Shown here in pieces: positions 12,765 to 27,302 of a stretch of DNA of 64,000 bases. Below the pieces are notes generated by a model, which had not been told where the DNA came from, searched no databases, and was given only the letters and a program-made list of their open reading frames with translations. The stretch spans positions 3,826,670 to 3,890,669 of the forward strand of contig OZ199839.1 in assembly GCA_964304625.1 (NCBI GenBank), written 5' to 3'. Positions within the stretch are counted from its first letter, which is position 1. Each line of letters opens with the position of its first letter. This stretch comes from Kudoa neothunni (taxonomy: Eukaryota > Animalia > Cnidaria). Position numbers and translations under genes: made by a program.

Positions 12765-15700
12765 ATGTTTAACAAAAAAGTGTTGATATGGCTGTTGCTG
12801 ATTATTTATGGAGTAACTGAATTTTGTAGGATTATTTTGATTTTCATCGTCTAGTTATTTTCACTCATGAATAGCGAACATTTGGTTGCAGATGAAATCA
12901 TTTTAAATGCTGATTCACTCCAAAACGATTCATTAAAGAAGCCTCCCCAAATAATAGCTGGAGATGAAGACACCATACTTTCGTTTGGAGAATATGCTGA
13001 TAAAGTTGAATTGGATCGAAAATCATCTCCATCCACTGATGATAAGATTTCCAAAGACCCTAAAAACATGCCGGATCCCCCACCAAACGATATCAAAGAT
13101 CAATCAACTCATAATACCAACAATACAACACCAACGGCTGCAGCAGCGAAAACAACAACCACTGATCAACCTAAAAAGGAAACTAAAACTACAAAATTAC
13201 GTTCAAATTATAACTATGCATCAAGCTCATGTGGAGCCACTATTATCAGCCACAGTCATCAAGTGAAACATTCCTCAGAAATGCTAATAGATAATCCAGA
13301 TACATATGCATTGTTTCCTTGTATTAATACCCAATCCAAACCTCTTTGGTTTATTATCCAGCTGTGTGAACCTATCAATATTCGTTCGATATACTTGTCA
13401 AATATGGAGTTATTTTCTTCACACATCAAGACATTTCGTGTGTCGCTAACCAATATCGAATTGTCTCCCACCGATTCACAATGGCACCAACTTGAAAATG
13501 ATTTCACTATGGCAGATGGTACAAGATCGCAAATGTTTTCTACCGAAAATTCTACAGTTGCTTCCAATATCTATGCTAGATATATTCGTGTGGAGATTAT
13601 CGAACATCATAATATGGACTTTTTCTGTCCTATATCAGTGTTTAAAGTGTTTGGTGTATCTTTGGTGGATGAACTTAGCGGTGGTCCATCGTTAGATGAT
13701 GACTCGCCGTTTTATTCGAATAGTGAAGATCCGATGTTTACAATGGACGAACCATTTGCTATTAATAACCTTTATGATTTTTATCGTTGGTACAAAGTCG
13801 ACATATTGATTCAATATTTGATTGAGATTCTCCGTAGTTTGTTTATTATTGTTGGTGAGGTTGGTAAAGAGCTGATCAGCCTGGTTAATCTGCTCACTTC
13901 CAAATCACCCACTCTCCGATTTTTTCACCAACTCATCATATATCTACTTCAGTGGTTGGCACCTTTGATTAGCTGTATTTTGAAGTTAATGGCCGATATT
14001 GGTTCCAAATTGATCGGTGTAGATATCCACTATTTCAACAATTCTCTTATTGTCCAACAAACACATCTCGATGTAGACCCAAAGTTACATCCAGAAAATG
14101 AATCCAGCTCAGTTACCGAATTGAGCAACTCAGAATGTACACTTCTTACGTGCACACTCAAGCTGCTTCGACAACCTTTCTATCGAGACTTTTGTTGCAC
14201 GATGAAACATGTATGGCATGAGAATTTTGATCTCAAACCTGATTGCTCATTGTGTAAAGTAAGCCGAAACAAATATGGACTTGCTACCACCGACCAAAAT
14301 CTTGTTCATTCGTGCCTTTTGGATGATTTTTGTGATTTTTATTGTCGCAACAATTCCACATGGTCGTCTAACACTGGTATTGTACCTTTTAGTCAATACT
14401 ATGCCACGAATGAGTCAAATGTTAATTTTGAAACTTCCAGTCTAAATGAAACTGTATCCAACCTTACTGATAGCGGGAATGACAAGAATCATCCTTTTGT
14501 TACCACTGAGCAGTTGTCTAACACCACATCCTCAGTCCCACTCCAACCTTCTTTTGCTAATACAGCCAATGCCACTACCGTTAATGAGACCCTAATCTAC
14601 AACTCCACTGTTTCTGCCGATAATGAGAACATATCAAACTCAGACAATGGAAAAGTTACAACCGACCCTAGCGAGGATGGGAAAGATAAAAATGGTATTG
14701 AAAATCACTTTGAATCTACGACTCCAAAACCAACCTCATCTGAAGCTTCTGATTCTTTTACGACTGCTTCTATTGGTAGCACCACTTCATCTCCGGTTGA
14801 ATCGTCTTCAACCCAGACACCGAACTCTGCTGGTGCTAGCGAAACTGGCATCCCAAAACTGAAAGATATGATAAATGTTCGTGATGACAGTCATCTAGGT
14901 TATATTTCTAGAATTAGAAAGAATCTCACAATTACTATGAAATATTTGGATGATATGTCGGTTAAATTTAAAAAAGCCCTTGATGATGTTAAAAAGCAAG
15001 TTTCTAGAGCAGTCGATGAAAGCAACAGTAAAGCCGCTTCTATCGCCCGCCAATACAACCAAATTATATCGTTGAGCTCATTGCAAAACTCGACTTTTGT
15101 AATTTTACGCGATGAAATCAACAAAATCAGATATGAGTTCACCCATCGTCGTGGCATCTACATCAATTTATCATTATATGACTGCGTACTAATTGTCGTG
15201 TATGTGGTGTTTATCACATTCGTGTACAAGCTCTGTCGTCATATATGTCTTCTTGTGTTTTTGACCCTATTAAAATGGCATCGAATTCGTGTTATTGTTG
15301 AGCATTTATGGAATTTTTATTGGAGCTATGTATATCCTTCGTCTGAAAGTTCGTTACTATGGAGTGAGGTTGCCTCAAACCAATCTCGTGTGCTCAACAA
15401 CTCTGATCTGCAATTGAACGGTCATTACATCCGTGACAACGGCTTGTTTGGCTCCTCACCGTCAACTACTGTGCAAAATTGTAATAATAACGCATCAGAG
15501 CTGTTTGTCCCGAGTGGTGCATCATCACACAATAAATATTTTTCTTTCAACGATGTCCAACATGAATATTATCCATTATCTGATCAGCAAAGCCCAAATA
15601 GATTCTACTCTGAACGTCGAATACGTCTTGCATCGCCTCATTCGACTGTTGCTGTTGGTGGGGTTTTTTGTCCAAAATGTTCCTCTACTAAACTTAGCAC

Positions 15701-15914
15701 TACTTTACTTGAAACAGCTGATAACGATATTGGTGTGAATTATAAAAGTGAGCTCATTTCATTGTCACCAAGTTCCAAGTCAAGTGCTGGGTCGGTCCGT
15801 TCTAACACGCCCAATTTTGACAAAGAATCAGATCATTTGGATACAATTTATGTGGTTAAAAGGGAATCATTGTCCGCTAAAGAACCCCATGAGTCCACTT
15901 ATACTTCCAAATAG
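12765..15914 (+). CDS. SUCO: SUN domain-containing ossification factor (SLP1/Osteopotentia-type mid-SUN ER membrane protein)
   Basis: Exon 1 (12765-12812, MFNKKVLIWLLLIIYG) plus a 42-nt intron joins in frame to the 1015-aa ORF and forms a signal peptide. SUN domain 'NYASSSCGATII...PC...WFIIQLCEPI...NMELFSS...ARYIRVEI...FFCPISVFKVFG'; coiled coil 'YLDDMSVKFKK'; C-terminal TM segment. Confidence 0.92.
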
Positions 15915-16968
15915 TGTATTAGACCTTCGGTCAATATTAGGAATGAATTTAGATTTTTCATTTTGTACATTGATTTTTGTATTGATTTTCATTTGAGTCT
16001 TGTTTTGCATTTATTTTATTAATAAAATAAATTTTTGCGAGTTTGAATTCTGTTCTAGCGTTATATATTATACTACAATATTTTTATTTTCTCTCCCCTT
16101 ATAGTTGAGACTTGAGACAATTAAGAGGTTAGGGTGTTTAAAGGAGTTTGATACTTCAAGCATCTTTAGGGAAGATTTGTGTATGACTACTGTGTTTAAT
16201 GAGATTACAAAGCTTTTGACTGATTACCGAAAATATATAGCTCAGCGTGTGGTGGCTGGACTCTATACATGGAGGTACTGGGTCGATTCCCGCTACTAAT
16301 CAATCTATTATTCCCGTACGACTGTGGCTCTATCCTGTAATAGATAAGAGCTATTGTAAGAGTGCAGTGGCAGTATAAGTGTAATTCCACCTGAAGTTAT
16401 AGTTCGATCTAGCAGAGGAGGTTGAATTAGACGTTTGAATCGTCGAAGATGCATTAAGGGGCTTGAAATCTCTGTAGAGACAAAATCCTAATGGAAAGGG
16501 TTTAGGGTCATGGTTTCTATGGAAACGAGGATGTTTAATGGGTTAAACTCCCACACTACCACAGAGAGATAAGAGGTAGATGTTACTCGTCTTACCGTGC
16601 CTACAGCGTTAATAGGGGTGGGCTAACCCGTCATAACTCTACAATATAAAAGTTGCGCAAAGGTTTTACCTTTTAAACAAAAAAAACTAACTAAGATTTC
16701 GATTGTGTTTTCATAATTGAAAATTGAGGATAATATATGCAAACGACAAATAACTTACGAATATTGATTAAGTTTTAGTTAACAATCAAAGCTCTTGCTT
16801 ATTACTAAAAACATTCCGTATATAACTCATCGATTGTTATGCTCTCTAAAGTAGGGAATATCAACAGTTTTTTTAAATATACCTCCTCGCCCTGTTAAAA
16901 AATTTAAATTTAATCCCGAAAATTTGAAGTTGAATTCATATCTACTTTAAAGTTGTATACTTATTTAA

Positions 16969-18190
16969 CACTAGTACGTACGAACAAAAATATTACACTA
17001 CAATACGTTGGGGTTCAATGGACCTTGTACGTAAAATGAGATGTTATGTTTGTTAGTGTTTTATAAATATTCTAGAAACTTACAAGAATGTATTTGGAAA
17101 CTTTTTTAAACGAATAATATTATTATTTACACCCAACCTGCAGTAATATGAAGAAAAACACAATGCCAACAATAAAAAAATGATAATATTGAAGAATTCA
17201 TCCGAATCATTGGATTTGTAATAAACACATATGAGTAGTTACAACTGTAACATGGTACAGAATAATGTTGTTCGCACACGTTTCTTCCCGCATTTAGAGC
17301 AGATTGTCTTTGTTTTTACATGCTTCGAGTATGGGCAAAAATGGCATCTTTCCTTGTTACCCCCTATCTTACTTCGGCGATGTTGCATGTGGAGTATCAA
17401 TTTTTTCGTTAGCGTACTTTTCAATAATCTCTTCAATTAAATTTTGTAAATATTGATGTCTTGTTCGGTTTTTGTATAGTAATTTAGATTCATTATATTT
17501 ATCTAAATACGCAATCATTGAGTTGTAACCAGCCATGTCAAGGATATTGTAAAACATTGTGGGTGGCCATCAAGAGTTCTTTTTTTTACATTTCCGAATC
17601 TTCTGAATTTTCTGTAATCATTTTGATCGTATCATTAATGAAAAACATAATGCACAAGTAATCGTTACACGAGGGCGACAAAAGATTTATCTGTTACTAT
17701 TCTTAATCATTATTTTTGACAAATATTTACAAACTCTATGATTTGATTCATTATAAAATTTAAGAATATAACTATAATTACATAACACAGAACGAAATAA
17801 GAAATAATTCTTCCTTTAAAGTGCACGGAAAGGAATAATTAAAAATGTTAATTCTATGTTTTATTTAAACTTTTAAAATAAACATAGTAATATTCATATT
17901 AGCTTATACAACATATATTTTTTATTTTAGAGTTTGAATTTGTTTTGACATGTTAATTTTTTAATTATTCAACAAGGTCCATTTGACTTTGTTGTGCATA
18001 AAAGGTTTTTATTATTTACATAGAAAAAAAATCATACATAAGTTATTAAATGATATAAATGAAACAAAAACATAAAAAAATTTTGGAGCAGCTAGACAGA
18101 TTTATTTATTTCTGAATATGTTGAGAATGCTACAATTTGTTAAATAATCGTGAACTAGGTCCATTGTACCCTGGGCGTACATATAAATTT
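16969..18190 (-). mobile_element. Deleted piggyBac relic (3' end of transposase)
   Basis: TTAA + cactagtacgtac left end and ggtcca-t/a-tggacc-like subterminal motifs. ORFs 17369-17557 (WPP-MFYNILDMAGYNS) and 17239-17436 (Cys-rich RCHFCP...KTKTICSKC). Right end is approximate. Confidence 0.75.
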
Positions 18191-18941
18191 TAAGTAATAT
18201 TAGGCTACATCTCTAAAATATAAACGAGACATAAAAGAGGTTAATAAACGTTTTATAAATAGTTGTTAAATACTTATCTCTAAAAACATATGAATTTCTA
18301 CAAATATCTTAATTGAGTTTAATTGCCCCGAATAATATAACTCCTTAAAATTCCTTAAATACATAACAAACCGCATTATTCAAAGATTCTCCGTGGTCGA
18401 TATTGAAGTCACTTAATTTACCTCCTGTCGTTTAAAATTTACCCTGGCTAAGGACCCTTACTTTAGAATAGCGATTATCAACAAGAATTGAGCTTGCATC
18501 CCCATTTGATGACAAACCGAAATCCGCACCTCCTTTTAACACGATAAGGTGTAACTGACTCAAATTTTCTCAAAAAATACTATCTATTGTGATCGAATCT
18601 CGCACCTTTTAAGCCAAAAGTTCGCATTTCCTAGTGGTACGGGTACCTTTTGCAGGGAACCAGTGCTTTAGAAGAAGGTAATGAGGTTAGTTAAATATGA
18701 CTTAGTACAGTGTCTGCAATGATTGAAGAGGCCGCCTTGCCCAACACACTTCGCAACTTAATAAGTTTAAATAAGAATTTATCGCTGATAACATGTTGAA
18801 TCCAAATATAATCACATATCTTTTCCTAAGTCGTTTTTGTAGAATTTTTGTGTATACTCAAAAACCTGATTTACGTTAAAAATATAGATTTCTTAATATA
18901 TATATATATAAGAACTATAGAGAATAGAAATAAGTTAATTA

Positions 18942-20082
18942 TTAGAGTAAAGCGTTGGTTTGAGTTGATATTCCAAACATAATTTTGGCTTGCGTGTTGA
19001 TTTTTTTATTTTGTATCAACAAGAATATCGAATGAAAAGCTGGATAGTTGAGTGTCAATAAATGAGACATACGATAGAACAAGTTTTTCTGTAAGAATCC
19101 CTGGATCATCAAAATATTGTTTACACTATACGGAATCCAGCAAACACAAAACATCACAATGTTCAAGTAGAAGAAATTTCTGACGTAAACAAATGTTGAC
19201 ATTTTGATTGCAAGGTTTTCTTGATTCTAAATCAGCCATATTAATTGTGAAATTTAGTTAATCGTATACCACATACAAAAGCATTATGAGAGTTGGTTTG
19301 GTTTTGATGTTGATCAATATCCAAATCATTTTTTTGATTATTCTGAATATTTTTATTTTGTCCGATATATTGTAATATATGAGTTTGAATTTCATTCGAG
19401 AAATAAATATGTTTTATAATTTTATAGAAAGTTATTATAAGGATAGTAGTGGGTAGAATGACTAACAGTGCCAACACAACAGAATATGTTACTCTTCCAT
19501 GGGTATTATTTATGAAAAAGCACATCTATAAAACGATAGCTTATGTAATTTTAACTCGATAGGGTAGATTTAAATTACTTTGTATCCATTAGGTGTTGTT
19601 GCGACATCGAAGATGGGAATAAGGGGAGAAATAAGTAACAATGAAAGTGAATAAATTAGCACATAGCAACCTTTGTAAAAAGAGTCCAGTTGTAAGTATA
19701 AGGCTGGATATACAACAGCAATACAATAAACCAATGCAAATGCGTCGAATATGAACCCCAATGAATAAGTGTAGAAATGAATAAGTATGATACTTATCCG
19801 GCACCAAAATGAGCTATGAAAGAGAGATGGTTTGATATTTTTTAATATAGCCACCATATACACCAATATCAAAAGAAAATTATTCAAACTTGTAATGAAA
19901 ACAAACGAATAATGTTTACTTCTCCTCATCTCTTTTTTACATACGATCACTATAAGCAGTATTGTAGATGCCATATTGAGGATGAATAACAAGCCTCCGA
20001 TACACATTTCAGCTATAAACTCTTTGTGGACATATGTAAAATTGTTTGAATGTTGGTTTGTTAAATTGAATACGTTGGTCAT
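18942..20082 (-). CDS. Divergent rhodopsin-like (class A) orphan GPCR, copy 1 (3 exons)
   Basis: Three ORFs join through introns 19526-19578 and a ~50-nt intron in ICL3. Seven hydrophobic segments, TM3 Cys (FWCR), ECL2 Cys, TM5 'ILP...Y' and TM6 CWIPY. Confidence 0.85.
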
Positions 20083-20818
20083 GTAATTTTGGAAACAAAA
20101 ATATTTGACTAATTCCGATCAATCACTTCATATCAGTCGAGATAACAATTTTCTGTAATGATAACAAACTTTTGTATGGCTGATCTTTTTCTACAATGTA
20201 TGTAAAAATAGTATCTAATGATTTCTAATATTTACAATAAGGGAGGTATTCATTAGTGTTCAAAGGTGCGCAGATGAAACTTTGTGGTATTCTATAATGA
20301 TGCCTACTACAAACTTTATTCTATTAATCAAATTCCGTGAAAGGCCTTGCAGATACATTTGTTAAATAAATAATAGATATTTTAGAATTTTCGATAAAAT
20401 AAATTGTATTTCTTTTTATAAATTTTTATTTAATTTTTAAGTGTCTAATCCAATGAAAGTTGTATACGGTGAAGTTAGTTTGATTTTACTCAGGGCTCCA
20501 TTCAAATTTTATGTGTAATAAATTAACAAATATTTCTTGAATTTTAATGGTAATTATGACTTATCAAATTAAAATATTGCCCAAATCAAACGTGATACAC
20601 ATAAGGAAGGGTTTCTTCATAGCCATTCATCGACTTTAACAAGAATACAAAATACTCAATCAACTCGTTCACGTAAATTATTATTAGATATTTTAAGGGA
20701 GAATTATTAACGTTAAAAATCAATGGTTACAACTATATACAATGTCAAAAAAATAAAAAAGATTAAATCAAAATGAGGCACAAAGCAATAAATTCACAAG
20801 TAGACAAAAGACAGAAGA

Positions 20819-21907
20819 CTAAACGGTAGTTGTTTTTCTGCAACAGAAAAAGTCGTTTATTTCTTGAGCCAAACTGCTATCATTGAAATACAAGAAGATG
20901 CAGTAACTCATTGGAAAAAGTAGTAGAAAAAAATTTGAGATGGCAAATGTCATTATACTAACCGTATAGTTGTATATAATAAGAATTTTGATGATGGAAT
21001 ATGGAGCCCAACAAATTAGGAAAATCGAAAAGTTTAAGCTCACTCTAGTAACCAATCTTTTAAATTTCTTTCTGTATGGCGCTACAGATGTGGCAGTCTA
21101 GTAAATACCTGCCGTTATATACGAACAGAACCAATTCAAAATACTGAATGGTAAGGAGTTCCGGTTCTGCTGCCCAATGGATAGGCTGTTTTCTCCTGTT
21201 GTTGGATGGAGGATTTGTATTTGTAAACAATGGTGGTGTATAAAATGAGCATGATTGCTGTAGGAAGAACAAAGCTCACAACAGTTTCGATGGTATACAC
21301 TATTTTAGACATTGTGTATTTATCCTGAGTTATCATACATGACTAAATAGAAATGTTTGAAAAGATGTGTAGAAAATCAACCATTAGAAAATACCATTTT
21401 TCCCTTATACTTGTCACAAGCTAAACTATAGGTGAACGGACATGGAAAACATAATGTTAACGAAGTTATAAAACATGCGGCTATGTGCCACCATGACTTC
21501 TTCGTTGCTTTTTGATAAACTAATGGATACGAAAATGCAAGGTATCGATAAAGAGCAATCAGTGATAGTGTAAGAGTCAGAAAATAGACAAAAAAATTTC
21601 CAGTAAGAATGGAAAAACGGCAACTATGTAATCCACCTAATGTAGGGTCTTTCAGTTCACCATACGCCGTAAATCCAACTTGCATCACCAACAAATAACA
21701 ATTTAATATGATCAACAAGTGAAGTCTATTAACTGGATGGATTAAACGATCTTTTTTGCAGTAAAAGCCACACAAAACGCTAATGATAATAAGGTTTGGC
21801 ACAGATGTCAATACAGTAAAAGATATAATCAAACCGGGAGGAAGGGACGTATTGTTGTTGACAAATGGATCAGTGCTTTGTTGACATGGGTTTATTGTGG
21901 TAGACAT
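20819..21907 (-). CDS. Divergent class A orphan GPCR, copy 2 (3 exons)
   Basis: Same intron positions as copy 1. TM3 'SCR...ALYRYLA', TM5 'FVLP...LY', TM6 CWAPY. The spliced frame is continuous (...PYHS|TATSVAPYRKKFKRLVTR...). Confidence 0.87.
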
Positions 21908-22156
21908 TTTCCAAAGTTTTATCCAAATAATGGAATTATCCTTTCCCTGCAGCTATAGTGCTTAATTAGGATCATAATTTTCCGCAAGCTTTTCGGTATA
22001 CGAGGCTAAAAATTATTCGCATATAAAATCTTACCACAAATTATTATATACTAACATTGGTTTTATTGCTAAAACTTAATTTTCTTTGGAGTAAAATTAT
22101 TACATCTCAGCCTGTTTAATCATCTTTATAAAAGGGTCATTTCAACCTGTTGTTAA

Positions 22157-23624
22157 CCCTCGAATAGTTAAGCTGTAAGACAGTTACGTATATAAGGAGG
22201 TGAGCTCTACCACTCAAACACTTTTTTTCGCTATTTTCTATTTTCATTTCTATAGCATGATTTAGTCTTTTTTATTTAAATTTAGTATGGCATGAAAAAT
22301 TAATTATTCGACAAAAACTTGTAAATTTCCGAATAACTCCATTGAGTTATTTTATCCGTATATAATCAAACTGCAATTTTATATCACTTACAGACTAAAA
22401 ATTTTATATTTTCGTATTATTTTTATTGAAATATGAATCAAAGAATATATTAAAAGACTATTTTAATCTTTGGTGAATGGGGAACTTGTTAAAACGTTAA
22501 GATGCTATTTTATCTACGCTTATCCCATTCTTAGGAAGACTAAAACTTGTTTTAATAAAAAAATTTTTTCTCCAATTTATAAAATATGGCAATTTTGGAA
22601 AAATAAAGTCATCCATTTGATTTTTATGTCGACTTCTTTTCTCACATCGTAAAAATACTCCTGAAGTCGCTTATTAGGCTGAAAAGTTCTAATCTTTTTC
22701 ATGGTTTCGGTAGCCACCGCAGAAAATCACATGTGTAGGCCTGGTTCTATTGCTTGGTGGTTCTGTTAAAATATAACTGGCTGAACATCCTTGTCTCATA
22801 AATGTACTCTACCATCATCATTTAGTGGAGTCGGAATTGCGATATTTTATTAGATAAAATATTCCCGATTAATAAAATGTCTAATCCATACCTCCCCACT
22901 TGGCCCGACCATAACTGTAATGTAAATGGATCATAGAGTAAGGCAAGAATACGCTCTAAGCACATCTTCCATTATGACAGTGTTGCCCAACAATAAATGA
23001 TTGAATGATCTCCGACTAGTTAAGCTTAAGGAGTAGAAAACCCAAAGTGTATTAACCAAGAATATTTGTATTTATGATATTATTGTTTCAGAATTATGTT
23101 TTTAAAAGCAGATTTTACTATAACTAGGAATTTACAAAAGATTAATTTTTTAAGAGTAAAAGCCTTTGAGCGGCTCCCTGAAATTAATGCTCGGAACCCA
23201 AGTTGGGAACAGTGTATTATGGTATAGGGCAATGGTTCCCAACCGGAGATAAATTTATGGTGATGTGGAGTAAATTAAGTGACATCAAAATTGGATACGA
23301 TCAATTGTTACATAATGCGATTTGTTACTTAAGGATTTCTAAGGAATTATATTAATCAAGGCGATTAAACTTAATTAGATGTGTCCACAAATGCTTAAAA
23401 TGTTTTTGGACATAACTATTTAACAATTATCTATAAAAAAATATTCAGTTTCTTCCTTTTACGCCTCGTTTATTGTTTAGAAACGTAGCCTAGTAATACT
23501 TAAATAAGTACATAACCGTAGAGTAGGTATGAATTTAATTTCCAAGTTAAGGGGATAAATTTATAAAAACCGTTGAAACCCATTAAAATAAGGAAATACA
23601 ATTAGGAATTTAAAAAATCGAGGG
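22157..23624. mobile_element. Degenerate non-autonomous piggyBac-like element containing a hAT-type MITE relic (~23230-23585)
   Basis: ttaa-ccctcga ... tcgaggg-ttga ends; internal caatggttcccaacc hAT-like TIR. Confidence 0.45.
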
Positions 23625-25032
23625 TTGATAATCTTTGACCCTAGAAAATTCTCCAAACCTTCGAAATTTTGAGGGTATAGGATTATCCTCTAATTCGAAC
23701 AGATTAAGTCAATGTATTAACAAGATTGTGGATTTTTGTAATCAATGTTAGGGCAAATTTTCTTTTCAAATTCAGTAGTACATTATTTTTTGGAATAAAC
23801 TATTTTATTTATTTTAAAATATCAACTAAACTACACTATCCTTGTGCGAATTTCGGGCGGTGTCGCCTACAAAATCGGAAATAAATCTTGAGTAGAGCAC
23901 GTTTGGGTTCACTTGGAATCTCTGTTGTTGATAAATACATCAAAACAAATTATTTCTCCATAATGTTAACAAATTCGAAGTCGTTAATTGTTCATTGAAT
24001 TTTTTTTATTTTTATCTGTTAGTAATAAGTTTGTAAATGTTCAATCATGACTTTCTATTAAAAAAAACTTTCTGATTTATTCTATTCAAAATTAGAACAA
24101 AGATGTTTAAATTTAATGATGGCGTAATTTAGTGTTATTTTTGGTTTATTAATGTTTTCGCGTTGTTTATTCATAATTAAAAAAATGTTATAACAATATT
24201 TGTTCCAAAATTCAAACGTGAAAATTTTAAATTTATTTTTTTATTTATATCTATTAAATAACTAAAAAAATGATCAATAATTATTTTTTAATTAAAATTA
24301 GCTTCAAAGTAGAGCAATCGTCACAAATCAAAATATACGATTTTAGAGCATTTTAAGTTAAATCAATTATGGATATTAATTAGTCCAAAGTATTTTTTTA
24401 TTATTTATCTCAATGATATATAATAGGTTCAAAACCTAAAATTAAACATTTATAACCTAGTTTTTAAATATAAAGTGAAATGTTACGTCATATTTTATAA
24501 TCCACTTCAATATTTTTGTGGTTGAATGCTTAAAGCGTTTTAAACGGTTAAAATGTAGAATAATGGCCGTATCCCAAATCAACGACTACGATAAAAATCG
24601 AAATTGTCGATTATTTTAATTCTTTGTATTTATCATTGTTCCATCACCAGTAGATTATTTTCGGAACGGAATTCGTTATCATTAATAGTTTCTGTAATCT
24701 ATATTATAAATAACGGCTAGCCCCTAGTAGTTATTTCCACAGGTCATACCATTTAATCGATCGAATAAAGCATGCTATAATTATCCAAAAATTTGAGTGT
24801 GACAACTATGATTTTTTATCGATTTTCATATTTCATCATTAGCGACCTCCTATTATTAATTCCATATTAGTAGAAATTGGTTTTCCATATTTTATACCAG
24901 GACTAGATGATTAATTATAGCGATTGTATAAATTTAATTTAAAAAAGAAATCGTTGGATAAAATCTACTCATTCCTATCATAAACTGTTCAACAAATACC
25001 ACACTAATTTAATTTAATAAATGTACGATTAA

Positions 25033-27302
25033 CCTTCTAAGTCACTGCAAAATTTACACCCTCCGAGTAAAATTGGGGTATTTTTACACCCCACATTTTT
25101 TTAAACCAAACGATTAAGAATTCGAAAATAATTATTTTTGAAAATTTTGAAGTATATTTATCGATTAAATTTGAAATTATAGACCAATATTTCTAGCTAA
25201 GCATGTACCGCACGTGCGCATAAATCAAAATTGATCACATTGCAGAAGTAGAGTGTTTATTGACAATACGTTTAAGATTCTATTTTAGGAAAGCTTTTAA
25301 GTAGCATTAGAATTATTTTGTTAAATGAACGAACAAAAGAATAACAATAAGAATAAGAAAAAATTGACATATAATTATCGGTTTAAACAAATAAAACAAA
25401 TATGATTGGAATGGAATTTGCAGCAAGATGAAGCACAAACGTCGCATTTTATTTTGGTTTTTCTATTATACTTCCTATCGCAAAATCGACATCTCCCGTA
25501 ACTATTTTGTCCAATTATAACAGAGGAATCTTCACTAGCTGTCATATTTTGTTTCCGTCTCAAAAGCAGTCGATGTGTCAATTGGGTTGCTATCATTTTC
25601 AAAAATTCCCTCCGGAGTAATTTTGAGGAAGGGAATAAATTTTTGTATATACAAAACGCATTAATCAGACTGATATCAACCATGTTAAAGAAAACAATTA
25701 ACGGCCAACGACAAGATATTCGTCTCACATTTATTGCTGCCAATAATCTGGAAATCGTATCAACTCCACCTTTTGCTGCATTGTAATGCATTATGACATC
25801 GGGTTTTAATGGCCTTTCTGTTGATATTTGGGTGTTTGTTGGGGAGGGACAAAGCATATAAGCAGGTTTATTTCTGTGAGGCAGATATCTTGGTATCATT
25901 TTTTTGTTATTAAAAATAAAAAGAGATGAATGAAGAGGGGTCGTTTTATCTGGTCTCAAATATGGTGGTATCTCTCTCTTATTTGAACGCATTGTTCCAG
26001 CAACCGTAAGTTTTTTTGTAACAATTCATCCGCTAACTCAATAGACGTGAAAAAATTGTCACATACGACATTTCGACCAGAACGTTCCAATGGTTCCACT
26101 AACTTTAAAACAATATTCCTCCCAACATTCACAGCCCTCGTATCATTTTGAGATCGCTTCCCCAAATAGACAATTGCATTGCAAACAAAAGTTGACTTTG
26201 GGTCAGTTATTAAAAAAAACTTTAGGCCATATTTTGAAGGCTTTTTTGGCATATATTGTTTGAATTTACAACGACCTCTAAAAGCCACAAGTTTCTCATC
26301 GACGCAAAGATCCTCAAAAGGTCGAAAACTTTGGATAAGTGAGTCGACCCTAATATCCCAGAGTTCACGAATGTGGCAGAATTTATCTGATATTTTTCTT
26401 ATCTCTCGTGTTTCGAAATCGTCGAAATGAAGAGCTCTCTTGATTTGTCGGAATCTATTTAAAGAAAATAGGTCACGATAAACTTGTCTTCCCTCTTCTA
26501 ACCCAAACAATTCTTTGACTGGTTGTTGATTATCATCAAATATTCCCATCAACAATAAACATCCGATGAACCCATCGAATTCGACACTATCTAATTGCTT
26601 CCAAGCATCACCAAAAAAATGTTTACCGTATTGATTTGTATGTTTTAAAATTAAATCATACATTTCCTGGCGAAACAACACTTTAAACGTATCAAGAATT
26701 TCATTAACATTCTGCAAAACGAAGGATGAAACACCAGCACGACTGGTCAAAATATTTTCGGCCGCAGTTCTAGAAGTCGAGGGTTTTTCAATTGTCCATA
26801 AGGTTCCATTCTTATCTATTAAAGAGTCAGATGGTGCATTGGTTTCAACTTCCGAATTATCTGATGATATATCACATGTAAAGGAATAATCCAGATCAGA
26901 AGAATCAGTATCAGAGCAGCTGCCGCCATACTCACTCGAGCTCACATTCCCAACGCCCGAAAGCGCATGCGCGTTACAATATGACCAGTACTATTTGTTG
27001 ATTTAAACAATAATTCGTCGATAAAATTGTACCAAATTTCCCCAAAAAATATTATTTTGTATTTGGAATAATCTAATTTAATAAAAATGTGGGGTAGAAA
27101 AATACCCCAATTTTACTCGGAGGGTATTTTGGCGTTATATTTTATTTTACAAAACAAAAAAAAATTTGTATCGGGTAGAATATGTATTATATAACGTTAA
27201 AAGATTAGACGGAATATAAAAAATTTTAGACTTAGATTTGAGATAAAAAATTAAAGATTAAATAGGCCTGGGGTATAAAAATACCCCATTTTACTTGGAA
27301 GG
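25033..27302 (-). mobile_element. Nearly intact piggyBac transposon (2270 bp)
   Basis: TTAA TSDs at 25029-25032 and 27303-27306; TIR CCTTC(T/C)AAGT; ~40-bp subterminal inverted repeats (accctccgagtaaaattggggtatttt...cccc). Confidence 0.95.
25375..26945 (-). CDS. piggyBac (PGBD4-like) transposase, one frameshift at the T7 run 26011-26017
   Basis: Catalytic D residues in VDE, CDNFFTS and GGVD; YMPKKPSKYGLK; C-terminal Cys-rich domain RCRFC...CDVC...CKFH...C..C. The two ORFs join as QK(K)LTVAGTMRSNKREIP with one added A. No in-frame ATG was found upstream of the GTG. Confidence 0.9.

Noticed and set aside
12851-15996. Overlapping and antisense short ORFs in SUCO and elsewhere in the ORF track
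   Set aside because: They are shadow frames of real genes or AT-rich noise without recognisable motifs.
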